Virus record (IMG/VR): IMGVR_UViG_3300011339_000154
Coordinates: 1-31,048 of that record
Reading direction: 5' to 3' (one strand)
From: a virus
Lineage: Duplodnaviria; Caudoviricetes
Length of the DNA: 31,048 nucleotides
Positions 1 through 8,789 of this stretch are shown here, one piece after another; within the stretch, counting starts at the first letter, position 1; each line of letters starts with the position of its first letter. The notes beneath the pieces were generated by a model, which saw nothing but the letters and a program-made list of their open reading frames with translations, was not told where the DNA came from and did not search any database. A program made the position numbers and the translations under genes.

Positions 1-108
1 TTCCCTGAACTGGTTGGCCAAGTTCTTGGCGTTGGCGACTTTATCAGTACAATTGCAGGCACAGCCAGCGCAATCAATATTCGCGTTTCTGGGCGTGAGG
101 TGACCTAA
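1..108 (+). CDS. 3' end of a virion/tail-region protein (partial)
   Basis: Frame 1 is open from the window edge (FPELVGQVLGVGDFISTIAGTASAINIRVSGREVT*); its TAA (106-108) overlaps the next ATG (TAATG). Confidence 0.7.
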   Translation, partial: FPELVGQVLGVGDFISTIAGTASAINIRVSGREVT

Positions 109-962
109 TGAGAATAACCTACGGCAAAGGTTTTAATTTTGCACCAGCCTTGTCCATGTCGGGCAAGGTCTTGGCGTTGCAGAATGAACTCTTAAAAATG
201 CCGCAGGCCAACATTGTGACTGAGCATATTTTTAAACCAGGCGTTTATGAGCGCAAGATTACGATCCCAGCATGGACAATCTTAACCGGCGCAGAACATA
301 AGACGCCATATCACGTTCGCGTGGAAAGCGGTACGATTGCGGTTAATACGGACGATGGCATTAAAGTCTTTACTGGCCCATGTGATTTTCCGGCAAAAGC
401 TGGAATGCAACGCGCAGGCCGAGTGTTTGAAGATGAGGTAGTTTGGGTGGATGTGTACGACAACCCAGACGACTGCATTGATTTGGCGGTGTTAGAAGAC
501 CGTTTGTATGTTGTGCCTGACTGTGGCCTTGCTGACAGCCGCACCGACATCCAAAGGGCGCAAATTGATTATGGGGCGTTTCTTTATCAGATTGGCATGA
601 CTCAGAATGAAATGGACGCAATTGTCCATACTGAGTCTGATTTGATGGAAATGCCTGATGGCGTGGCTGTGGAATTGCGCGATTCGCCGATCCACGGCAA
701 AGGGTTGTTTGCAACCCGCGATTTTGAGGCGGGGGAAACTGTATGCCCTGGCCGAGTGGATGGTAAAAGAACGCCAGGCGGGCGGTTTATCAACCATTCG
801 TTTAACTGCAATATCAGACCCGAAAAAGTAGGGGATGACATTTATGCAGTCGCTGCGCGTAAAATACTTGCAGGCGATGAATTACTGGTAGATTACAGAG
901 CATCAATGCGAGTCAATTTTGGACTCACGTTACAAGGAGAATTGCCATGTCTGGATGGGTAG
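108..962 (+). CDS. Cupin-like domain fused to SET-domain (putative protein-lysine methyltransferase)
   Basis: C-terminal SET motifs SPIHGKGLFA, RFINHS and GDELLVDY; N-terminal HIFKPGVYERKITIPAWTILTGAEHK resembles a cupin beta-barrel. Confidence 0.8.
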   Translation: MRITYGKGFNFAPALSMSGKVLALQNELLKMPQANIVTEHIFKPGVYERKITIPAWTILTGAEHKTPYHVRVESGTIAVNTDDGIKVFTGPCDFPAKAGMQRAGRVFEDEVVWVDVYDNPDDCIDLAVLEDRLYVVPDCGLADSRTDIQRAQIDYGAFLYQIGMTQNEMDAIVHTESDLMEMPDGVAVELRDSPIHGKGLFATRDFEAGETVCPGRVDGKRTPGGRFINHSFNCNIRPEKVGDDIYAVAARKILAGDELLVDYRASMRVNFGLTLQGELPCLDG

Positions 963-1696
963 CAGGGGCCATAGCGGTCAGTAGTGTAGTTGGCGCAAGT
1001 TCAGCTAGAAGCGCGGCTAAAACACAAGCAGGCGCAGCTGATCGTGCTGCTGAACTTCAAAGAGAACAGTACGAGCAAACCCGTGCTGACCAAACGCCTT
1101 ATCGTGAGGCTGGTTATAACGCATTAGCTGAGATGCAACGCACTGCGGGTAATGTACCTGGCGCGTTTAAATTTGGTGCAGGCGATTATCAAGCTGACCC
1201 AGGCTACGCATTCCGATTGTCCGAAGGCCAGAAATCCCTTGATCGTCAAGCCGCCGCCCGTGGTGGCTTGATCTCTGGCGGTGCTTTAAAAGCCGCTACG
1301 CGATTTGGCCAAGAAATGGGGTCGCAAGAATACCAAAGCGCTTACAACCGTGCATTGACTGGGTATAACACCGGCGTGGCCAGTGAAAACCAGTTGTACA
1401 ACCGTCAAGCAGGCTTGGCAGGCATTGGTCAAACTTCAGCTAATTTAGTTGGCCAAGCTGGCCAGAACTATGCAAACGCTGCGGGCAATATGATTACTGG
1501 CGGCGCAGCGGCTCAAGCGGCTGGCCAAGTTGGGGCGGCTAACGCTTTGACTGGTGGTTTGGGTACGTATATAAATTACAATCAAGGTAATAATTTGGTT
1601 AACGCTTTGCAAAGAAATCAAAATATGCAATTGGTAAATACTGGTGGTTATTCTAACGTGCCATCGTATATGGTTCAACCACCCGGAGGAGGTTAA
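947..1696 (+). CDS. DNA ejection/transfer protein (P22 gp7-like position)
   Basis: Gly/Ala/Gln-rich, hydrophobic N-terminus, DPGYAFRLSEG..AAARGGLISG motif; GGAG RBS upstream; first of three ejection-type genes. Confidence 0.7.
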   Translation: MSGWVAGAIAVSSVVGASSARSAAKTQAGAADRAAELQREQYEQTRADQTPYREAGYNALAEMQRTAGNVPGAFKFGAGDYQADPGYAFRLSEGQKSLDRQAAARGGLISGGALKAATRFGQEMGSQEYQSAYNRALTGYNTGVASENQLYNRQAGLAGIGQTSANLVGQAGQNYANAAGNMITGGAAAQAAGQVGAANALTGGLGTYINYNQGNNLVNALQRNQNMQLVNTGGYSNVPSYMVQPPGGG

Positions 1697-1698
1697 TT

Positions 1699-3057
1699 AT
1701 GGCACTTGATCCAAACATTTCTCTTGGCGTTAGGCCACTTGAGGTTCCTAATCAGTTAGCGCAATACGGTCAACTTCAGCAGATTATGGCTGCGCAAGAC
1801 GCGCAACAAATGAACGCGCTTAAAATGCAAGAGTCGCAAGCGGCGTTGGAAGAGCGTAATGCATTGCGTCGCTTAGACCCTACATCGGCTGATTATGAAT
1901 CTCAGTTGTTTAAAGTTAATCCTCAATTAGGTATTAGCTTTCGTAAAGAGGCCGCAACTACGGCTGCACAAAAAGCCGCTGAAGCTAAATCTTTAGCCGA
2001 AGCAGCGGCAGCTAAACAAAAAATGATGGGCCAAGCATATCGAGATATTAGTGGTCGCCCCTCCGACGCTAATATCACCGCACATTTGGAAGATATTGCA
2101 GAATCAACGTTGTACAGCTCTGCTGAAAAAGCAACCATTACAAAACGCGGAATGGATCTTTTAGCAATGCCGTTTGCGGAACGCCAGATGTTTTTAGCGC
2201 AACAAGGCGCTAGTGCAAGCGAATTGAAACCTTCAACGCAAACAGTTAACCGTGCTGGTGCTACGGACATTGTGCGGGTGCCTGCGTTTAGTGGTGCGCC
2301 CGCCACAGTTGGTTCTTACGCAGACGTGCCTTTGCCTGCCGATGTGCAAGCGCAAAAAATAGCTATTGCACAACAAAGCCGGCCACCAGCACAACCCTCT
2401 GCGCCAGTTGCGGTTATTGACCCAGCAACAGGTAAAGCAATATATGTTAGCCGCGAAGACGCGTTGCGTAACAAAATGCAACCAGCGGTTAATGCGCCTG
2501 CGTTAAAACCGCTAACAGAAGGACAAACAATTAACTTGCGTACCGATGTTGGTAAAGATTATCAAAACGCAGCGACTGCTTTGTCGCAGATAGATGACCT
2601 ATTAGTTTCGGCTGACGCAGTAAAAACATCACCAGGATTATCTGCGGCTACAGGATTTACAGGTAAATACTTACCATCATTCCCTGAAGGCGGCGCAGCG
2701 CAAGCGGAGACACGTTTAGCTAACTTACGCGGAAAAGTAACTGCCTTGGGTAAAGCAACTGCGGCCATGTCAGGCGCTATTGGATCTATTGCTACGCAAG
2801 AATGGAAAGTTTTGGCGGATCAAGTTGCGGTACTAGATGAAGTCAAAGGTACAAAACCTTTACTTGAACAAATTGGTTTATTAGAAGAACAAGCGCGAGG
2901 CGCCGCAGCGCGTATTCGAGATAAGTATGAAAAAACGCGGTCTGAAGATTTTGAGCGTTTTCCTCAGTTCCGTGATTTACCAGCATCAAAAGCACTCGGC
3001 GGCGCGCCTGCCGCAAATACTGGTGGGTTCAAATATCTCGGAAAAGAAGGTGGATAA
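1699..3057 (+). CDS. Putative DNA ejection/internal virion protein
   Basis: 452 aa, Ala/Gln-rich helical protein, GGAGG RBS, second in the ejection gene trio. Confidence 0.6.
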   Translation: MALDPNISLGVRPLEVPNQLAQYGQLQQIMAAQDAQQMNALKMQESQAALEERNALRRLDPTSADYESQLFKVNPQLGISFRKEAATTAAQKAAEAKSLAEAAAAKQKMMGQAYRDISGRPSDANITAHLEDIAESTLYSSAEKATITKRGMDLLAMPFAERQMFLAQQGASASELKPSTQTVNRAGATDIVRVPAFSGAPATVGSYADVPLPADVQAQKIAIAQQSRPPAQPSAPVAVIDPATGKAIYVSREDALRNKMQPAVNAPALKPLTEGQTINLRTDVGKDYQNAATALSQIDDLLVSADAVKTSPGLSAATGFTGKYLPSFPEGGAAQAETRLANLRGKVTALGKATAAMSGAIGSIATQEWKVLADQVAVLDEVKGTKPLLEQIGLLEEQARGAAARIRDKYEKTRSEDFERFPQFRDLPASKALGGAPAANTGGFKYLGKEGG

Positions 3058-5315
3058 TGGCTACCAAATACCGTGTTCAAGGTCCAGATGGTACTGTTCA
3101 TGTCTTTGAAGGGCCAGATGACGCAACGCCAACGCAAATAGAATCCTTTGCTGCACAAACCTTTGGTGCCGCTCCTAAAGCCGCTCCAACTGAAGCGCCC
3201 GCACCACGCGGCAAAGCCGGCATGTTTGACATACTGTCTGCGCCGTTTGAGATGGGCATGTCGCTTGCGGCCAAGCCACGCAAAGAGCAAGTGGAATTTA
3301 TTGCGCCTGCTGTTGAGGCGCTAGGTAGCGCTGGCGGTGCGGTGGTAGGAACCAGCGCAGGACCGCTAGGGACCGTAGTCGGCGCAGGCGCTGGTTACGC
3401 TGGCGCTAAAGAGTTGTTGCGTCTGGCCGCTGGCGAAAGCGGTAAAGAAACACTCCCACAATCCGCTACCCGTCAAGCACAGAACGTGCTTGAAGGCGCG
3501 ACAATGGAAGCCTTTGGCCGTGGTGTTGTAAGCCCTGTTATCACTAAAGGCGCTGAGTACGTAAACAAACTTAAGAACATCAAACTTGACCAATACGTTA
3601 AAGCTGTTGGCGACAAGGGTGAAGAGATTGTCAATGCTTTGCGTGGCCGCACACAAATCGTCCCCGGCACATCACCTACTGCCGGCGAAGTCGCTGCGCC
3701 TGCTGGTAGCGTAGGGCTGTCAGTATTGCAAGCGCGCGCTCGTCAAGTGCCAGGCGCCGCAGACATTTACGCATCCAAAGAAGCGCAGAACATTGTTGCC
3801 CGTCAAGAACAAGAAGTACGCGCGGCGGCTAAATTTGACGCATCTAAGCAACGCATTCAAGCAAAAATTGATCGCGGCCTAGTTAACGTAACGCCCGGCG
3901 AAGTTGGTAGCACCTTGATTGACGCGGCCAAGGCTGAACAAAAAGCAGTCAAAACAAACGTAATAAAGCCCGCCTATGACGCGGCGTTTGAAGCCGCTGG
4001 CGACGTAAAGATTGACGTTTCAAAAGTTGTCAGTGAAGCAGAACGCATTCTTGATCGTAAGTTGTCAAGTTTTGCTACTGAGACTGCGCCAGACACAGTT
4101 CGCAAATTGCGCGGGTTTGTACCGTCTGTGCCTGAAGCAGAAGCAGTAACTGTTGGTAAAGCAGGCTTTAAGACAGCAAAGGCGCCTACAGCCGCGCCAG
4201 CAACGCCTGAAGCAACGCTTTTGCAACTTGATGACGTTCGCAAGGCCATCAACGCAGACATCGCGGCGGCCTCGGCTAGCAACGCGCCTATGGCGGCCAC
4301 AACATTGCGAAACTTAAAGCAGTTACACGCTGCAATTGACGACGCAGTTAACTCAAGCGCTACTTTAAGCGACGAAGCTAAAACGCTGTACAAAGGCGCG
4401 CTGGATACTTATCGCACACAATACGCGCCGCGCTTTAAAGAAGGCATCAACGCAAACTTATTCAAGCAAACAAACTTGCAAGAGACTAAGATCAAACCAG
4501 AAGATGTCGTCAGCAGATACTTCCAACCCAAAGGTGAAAGTGAAGCCAAAGACTTCTTGCGTTTGTTTGACAAAAACCCAGACGCAATGAAACTTGCCCG
4601 CACGGGTATTGAAGACCTATACCGCCGCGAAGTAACAGACGCGGCTGGCCGCGTGACACCTGAGTCGCATGCCGCGTTTATGAAAAAGTACGCGGAGCCA
4701 CTTAAAATTCTTGACGGCGCCGGAATGAACATCACTGAACGCGTCGGTGTTGTTGCAAAAGACGCGGCTCGTTTGGCAAAGATTGAAGAACTTGCAAAAG
4801 CCAGCGGTAATAAATTAGCGCCGCCATTGCCAGCGGGCGCTAACGCGCTTGCAGTTGAGCAACGAATTGGCGAGTTGACCAGACAATTTACGCCTGATCA
4901 ATTGAGCCACGTAAACGCTGTGCGGCAAGATCTATTGCGTGAAGGTGAGTATCAGCGCTTGGTCAAGGCGGGCGCAGATGCAGGCACTGACATTAAAAGT
5001 TTGGCCACAAAAACTGGTAAAGAATCTGGTTTGCCTTTGCCAAACTTCTTATCTGTACCAATTACGGTGTTTAACAATGTCGTTAAGCGCTTGGCGCTAC
5101 GCATGGACGACAAGATTGCGTTGGAAATTGCGCGTGAGTTGACCAACCCCGCCGTGGCCGCTGATCAAATTGAGGCCGCTATTAAACTGCAAGCGGCTCG
5201 TCGTGCGGCAACGCCTGGCGCTGGCGCCGCAGCAGGGGTAGCAGGCACTCGGGCGCTTGGGGCTGAAATGTCACGCCGCGCAGAACCTGAAAATCAAAAC
5301 GCATTGGCTCGATAA
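3057..5315 (+). CDS. Large internal virion/ejection protein
   Basis: 752 aa, Ala-rich, Gly-rich hydrophobic segment (GSAGGAVVGTSAGPLGTVVGAGAG); last gene before lysis cassette; TAATG coupling. Confidence 0.6.
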   Translation: MATKYRVQGPDGTVHVFEGPDDATPTQIESFAAQTFGAAPKAAPTEAPAPRGKAGMFDILSAPFEMGMSLAAKPRKEQVEFIAPAVEALGSAGGAVVGTSAGPLGTVVGAGAGYAGAKELLRLAAGESGKETLPQSATRQAQNVLEGATMEAFGRGVVSPVITKGAEYVNKLKNIKLDQYVKAVGDKGEEIVNALRGRTQIVPGTSPTAGEVAAPAGSVGLSVLQARARQVPGAADIYASKEAQNIVARQEQEVRAAAKFDASKQRIQAKIDRGLVNVTPGEVGSTLIDAAKAEQKAVKTNVIKPAYDAAFEAAGDVKIDVSKVVSEAERILDRKLSSFATETAPDTVRKLRGFVPSVPEAEAVTVGKAGFKTAKAPTAAPATPEATLLQLDDVRKAINADIAAASASNAPMAATTLRNLKQLHAAIDDAVNSSATLSDEAKTLYKGALDTYRTQYAPRFKEGINANLFKQTNLQETKIKPEDVVSRYFQPKGESEAKDFLRLFDKNPDAMKLARTGIEDLYRREVTDAAGRVTPESHAAFMKKYAEPLKILDGAGMNITERVGVVAKDAARLAKIEELAKASGNKLAPPLPAGANALAVEQRIGELTRQFTPDQLSHVNAVRQDLLREGEYQRLVKAGADAGTDIKSLATKTGKESGLPLPNFLSVPITVFNNVVKRLALRMDDKIALEIARELTNPAVAADQIEAAIKLQAARRAATPGAGAAAGVAGTRALGAEMSRRAEPENQNALAR

Positions 5316-5536
5316 TGGAATCACAAGTTTTATTCAACATCGCGGTTAGTCTTGCGGGGTTCTTAGGTGGTTGGGTGCTAAACAACATCTACCGGTCACT
5401 GGAGCGCTTGGACACAGACGTGCGGGCCATGCCTTTGAACTACGTCACCCGCGATGATTACCGCGCTGACATGCGTGACGTTAAAGACATGCTTAACAAG
5501 ATCTTTGACAAACTTGATAGTAAGGTTGACAAATGA
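5315..5536 (+). CDS. Small membrane protein (one TM plus coiled tail), lysis cassette
   Basis: N-terminal hydrophobic helix VLFNIAVSLAGFLGGWVL; coupled to upstream gene. Confidence 0.7.
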   Translation: MESQVLFNIAVSLAGFLGGWVLNNIYRSLERLDTDVRAMPLNYVTRDDYRADMRDVKDMLNKIFDKLDSKVDK

Positions 5537-5821
5537 ATGCGCCCGTTTTTATTTCTACTGCTGTTGCTACTGTCAGGGGCTACGGCCAAAGAGTCATGTC
5601 TCGTCTCCGACTTCTATGGTCTAAGCTGGCTCGGAAACCCGAGTGAGCGCCACCAGCGGCTGTCTGAGTGGCTGACCATCAACGGCAGCAGTTGCTCATC
5701 TGAGCAGTTAGCGGGGATATGGAATAGCCTGGCTATGTGGGCTGGCGTTGCGGATAGTTCGGAACTAAGGAGCAAAGTTCTGTATTATTACGCCAAAGCA
5801 GTTGAGAGGGAACGCAAGTGA
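5537..5821 (+). CDS. Hypothetical exported protein with signal peptide
   Basis: MRPFLFLLLLLLSGATA signal-like N-terminus, two Cys in the mature part. Confidence 0.65.
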   Translation: MRPFLFLLLLLLSGATAKESCLVSDFYGLSWLGNPSERHQRLSEWLTINGSSCSSEQLAGIWNSLAMWAGVADSSELRSKVLYYYAKAVERERK

Positions 5822-6057
5822 AAGTCAGCTATGACAAATGGTATCCCGTAATTCAACCAATGGCCATGGTTCAGCAGGAAGCATTTATAAAGAAGGTGGA
5901 AAAGCAAAACGCCGAACATGCTTTGCAAGTGCAGATTGACAATACCGTTAAGAAGTTTCACCAGTATGAGTATGAAATTTACCAGTACCGAATGCGCCAG
6001 ATAACATTGAACATTCAAATTGTTAACTTAAAACGTGAGATTGACCTACTTGTATGA
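5818..6057 (+). CDS. Hypothetical protein
   Basis: GTG start overlapping the previous stop (GTGA) and ATGA overlap downstream. Confidence 0.6.
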   Translation: MKVSYDKWYPVIQPMAMVQQEAFIKKVEKQNAEHALQVQIDNTVKKFHQYEYEIYQYRMRQITLNIQIVNLKREIDLLV

Positions 6058-6299
6058 CCAAGAAGCCAGAACGGGACACCAAGGAAAAGCTAACGCTTTA
6101 TGTGACGCTGATGGTAAGCACAACGTTGTGCATCTCGGTGCTGGCCATGGTCACAGCCTTTATCCTTGGGTTATGGGCCAAGGAAGTGGACAACGCAGAG
6201 ATATTCAAGATGATTTCACCCGCTTTTTCTACTCTTATCGGCGGCATGATTGGGTTCCTAAGTGGTATCAAACTAATGCAAAACGAGGATAAAAAATGA
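6054..6299 (+). CDS. Two-TM membrane protein (holin/antiholin-like)
   Basis: Two hydrophobic helices with charged termini; ATGA-coupled on both sides. Confidence 0.65.
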   Translation: MTKKPERDTKEKLTLYVTLMVSTTLCISVLAMVTAFILGLWAKEVDNAEIFKMISPAFSTLIGGMIGFLSGIKLMQNEDKK

Positions 6300-6703
6300 T
6301 CGGACTAGACGCAATCCTAAACGTGGGCAGCAAGCTCATCGACAAGCTGATCCCTGACCCAGAAGCCAAGGCTCGGGCGCAGATTGAACTGGCCAAGATG
6401 GCGCAAGATGGTGAGTTGACCAAACTGGCCAACGAAACCAAACTGTACGAAGTAGAACAAGAAAACGTCACCAGACGCGCTGAAGCGGATATGGGCAGTG
6501 ACTCTTGGCTGTCCAAAAATATACGCCCTATGACGCTTATATTCCTTTTGGTGGCCTATTCTGGCTTTGCCATTGCCTCAATCTTTGAATACGAGACGCG
6601 CGGCGCCTATGTCGAATTGCTTGGCCAGTGGGGCATGCTCGTGATGTCGTTTTACTTCGGTGGCCGCACCATGGAAAAGATCGCAGACAGGATTAAAAAA
6701 TGA
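6296..6703 (+). CDS. Holin (3TM gene-transfer-release type)
   Basis: LIDKLIPDP...DSWLSKNIRP...FYFGGRTMEK signature; directly before the endolysin. Confidence 0.8.
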   Translation: MIGLDAILNVGSKLIDKLIPDPEAKARAQIELAKMAQDGELTKLANETKLYEVEQENVTRRAEADMGSDSWLSKNIRPMTLIFLLVAYSGFAIASIFEYETRGAYVELLGQWGMLVMSFYFGGRTMEKIADRIKK

Positions 6704-7110
6704 CGCCGCACTTTACACTTGAAGAACTAACCCACACCGATCACCGCACACTAGACAACACACCCAATGAACAAGAACTGGCAAACCTCCAACGCCTTGC
6801 AGAATTCCTTGAAGACGTTAAAGAAGCCCTTGGTGGAAAGCCCATCATGGTTAACTCGGCTTTTAGAAGTAAGCAAGTCAATGACGCTGTTGGCTCTAAA
6901 GATACTAGCCAGCATCGTACTGGTTGTGCTGTGGACATCAGGGTTCCTGGACTGACGCCAGACCAAGTGGTCAGGGCAATCATTGACTCGGGCCTGCCTT
7001 ACGACCAACTCATACGTGAGTTCGACCGCTGGACGCACATCAGCATCGCCGACAAGCCCCGCAAACAAGTGCTGATCATTGACAAGTCGGGGACTCGGGC
7101 ATTTGCTTAG
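6700..7110 (+). CDS. Endolysin, peptidase M15A family
   Basis: HFTLEELT, SAFRS, SQHRTGCAVD and WTHIS zinc-peptidase motifs. Confidence 0.85.
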   Translation: MTPHFTLEELTHTDHRTLDNTPNEQELANLQRLAEFLEDVKEALGGKPIMVNSAFRSKQVNDAVGSKDTSQHRTGCAVDIRVPGLTPDQVVRAIIDSGLPYDQLIREFDRWTHISIADKPRKQVLIIDKSGTRAFA

Positions 7111-7261
7111 ACAAGGTTCGGTAAGCCTCAATGGCTGTTTTAAGGTCACACTGTAGGTGCTGGATTATGTCGTCCTGTTCGCATAACTTGGTGTAAGCCT
7201 CGCCTGCAAACTTGGCCAAGTTGTCTTGGTTCCATGTTGCAAAGTCTGGTCTGTTACTCAT
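7076..7261 (-). CDS. Hypothetical protein
   Basis: 61 aa with a GAGGAG RBS; last gene of the leftward operon. Confidence 0.65.
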   Translation of the reverse strand: MSNRPDFATWNQDNLAKFAGEAYTKLCEQDDIIQHLQCDLKTAIEAYRTLSKQMPESPTCQ

Positions 7262-7270
7262 GTTCTCTCC

Positions 7271-7369
7271 TCAATTTAAAGGCACTAGCCAATTCAAAAT
7301 GCTTGCAACAGCAATACAACAAACAAGCCCAAAAATAAAAGCAAAAATCCATTCAAACCAATCTCTCAT
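7271..7369 (-). CDS. 32-aa membrane peptide
   Basis: Hand-translated MRDWFEWIFAFIFGLVCCIAVASILNWLVPLN*; ATGA overlap with the upstream gene, AAGGAG RBS, fills the gap. Confidence 0.6.
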   Translation of the reverse strand: MRDWFEWIFAFIFGLVCCIAVASILNWLVPLN

Positions 7370-7998
7370 ATGTTCTTCTCCTTGATGTCATAAAACCAAT
7401 CGTCACCGGCTGACCACTTGCGTGTGCCGTCAACCGTCCACAGTCTTTGCGCTGCTTGGAAGTCAGGAAACTTTGTCTCAGCAGGGATCAGGCTCTGGTC
7501 ATACCACAAGCATCGGTTGTTTGGCTGGCAAGCAAACTGGCCGTTGTCCAGAGCTATCCAATTGAATGACTTGTGTTCCTCGGCCTGCTCAGTGAAGCCA
7601 GTGTCTAGCGTCATTTCATCAGCGCAAAAGTCCACCGTAAACAAGTAGCGCCCGAAGTGCCACTCGCGGTCTTTGCCCAAGAACTTAACGCCCAAGTTGC
7701 GCAGGCCAATCTTTTCAATGATCGTAAAGCGGTAGCCCATGCAGTCCCACAACTGAAGCGTGTCAATTGGCAGATTGCCAGCGTCTGCGTGCCAGACATA
7801 GGCGTGGATCGGCAACTTGTCGTACAGGGCGCCGTAGGCTGGCAGTAGGCTTTCAATGCGGAATACTTGGCCGCGCAGGGCTTTGAGGCTGACCCAGATC
7901 GCAGGCTCCAGTTCGTTGTGGCCCTTGTGATCGTTGTACAAGAACTCGCGCTTGACAAAGCACTTCATGGGCGGCAGTGATGCCACGATATAACTCAT
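7366..7998 (-). CDS. Hypothetical phage protein (Trp-rich)
   Basis: 210 aa, AAGGAG RBS; motifs LQLWDC and EEHKSFN..LDNGQFACQPNNR. Confidence 0.75.
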   Translation of the reverse strand: MSYIVASLPPMKCFVKREFLYNDHKGHNELEPAIWVSLKALRGQVFRIESLLPAYGALYDKLPIHAYVWHADAGNLPIDTLQLWDCMGYRFTIIEKIGLRNLGVKFLGKDREWHFGRYLFTVDFCADEMTLDTGFTEQAEEHKSFNWIALDNGQFACQPNNRCLWYDQSLIPAETKFPDFQAAQRLWTVDGTRKWSAGDDWFYDIKEKNI

Positions 7999-8007
7999 TT
8001 TTTCTCC

Positions 8008-8199
8008 TTAGTCATTTGTTTCTTTCTTTGATGGTGCGTCTAATTCACGGCGGTAATACTTGGCCGGCATCTTGGCGTGCTTATCCAACTGCTTGCGCAG
8101 CCAGTCAGCACCGCCAAGTTCTTTAAAAATCATCACATGGCGGTCTGACAATCTAATCTGGCGGCCTATTAGGGGTTCAGGTGGTTTGGGGCGTGGCAT
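8008..8199 (-). CDS. Small basic protein, possible ribbon-helix-helix DNA-binding protein
   Basis: MPRPK...RQIRLSD (alternating strand) followed by two helices separated by GG. Confidence 0.5.
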   Translation of the reverse strand: MPRPKPPEPLIGRQIRLSDRHVMIFKELGGADWLRKQLDKHAKMPAKYYRRELDAPSKKETND

Positions 8200-8390
8200 T
8201 ATGGTTGTATTGCTTCTTTAAGTAGTTCTAGTCTTTCCCGCGCAACGCGCAGGGTGTTGTAGCGCTGGTGAAGGCGCTGAAGCATGGAGACGCGCTTGGC
8301 GCCCTCACGTTCTTCGTGTAGCAGTTTGAGGACTTCTGCCTCTGTCAGACTGCTTAATTTGTTGTTAAGGCTGCGCCAGGTGTCGTTCAA
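8199..8390 (-). CDS. Hypothetical protein
   Basis: 63 aa, TTG start, TAATG coupling to the next gene. Confidence 0.6.
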   Translation of the reverse strand: MNDTWRSLNNKLSSLTEAEVLKLLHEEREGAKRVSMLQRLHQRYNTLRVARERLELLKEAIQP

Positions 8391-8526
8391 CTTTCTTCTC
8401 CAGTTCGTATATTTCTTTTTTGCAGTTAGCGTAGGCGCGGGTGCTGGCGTTAAGGTTGCGCTCCCTGATACGCAATTCGGCCTTGGCCGTCTTGAGTTTG
8501 GCCTTCCATAAATCTAAGCGTTTCAT
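8365..8526 (-). CDS. Hypothetical coiled-coil protein, 53 aa
   Basis: Hand-translated MKRLDLWKAKLKTAKAELRIRERNLNASTRAYANCKKEIYELEKKVERHLAQP*; ATGA overlap with the glutaredoxin stop. Confidence 0.65.
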   Translation of the reverse strand: MKRLDLWKAKLKTAKAELRIRERNLNASTRAYANCKKEIYELEKKVERHLAQP

Positions 8527-8789
8527 TTAAGTGCTTCCTGTAATCCGGCCAAGCCATCGACGCGCTTGCCATTGATAAAAATGTGGGGCAAGTCAGGGCT
8601 AGACTCCATGTCCATCTCAACATAGTTAATGTTGTTGGCTCGCAAAAGATGTTTGACTTCCGTGCAGTTGGGGCATAGGCGCTTGGTGTAGATCACCACC
8701 TCCATGGCTTTCCAATGGTAGGGCTGGCCCTTCATGGTGTTCTCACGCGCTATGCGGTCAAACTCGTCGTCTTCGTCGGTGTGAATCAT
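8523..8789 (-). CDS. Glutaredoxin-like protein
   Basis: VVIYTKRLCPNC (CxxC) and LPHIFINGKRVDG cis-Pro motif. Confidence 0.75.
   Translation of the reverse strand: MIHTDEDDEFDRIARENTMKGQPYHWKAMEVVIYTKRLCPNCTEVKHLLRANNINYVEMDMESSPDLPHIFINGKRVDGLAGLQEALK

Noticed and set aside
5537-5821. o-spanin lipoprotein
   Set aside because: The first Cys is preceded by KES rather than a lipobox, and the protein is not Pro-rich.
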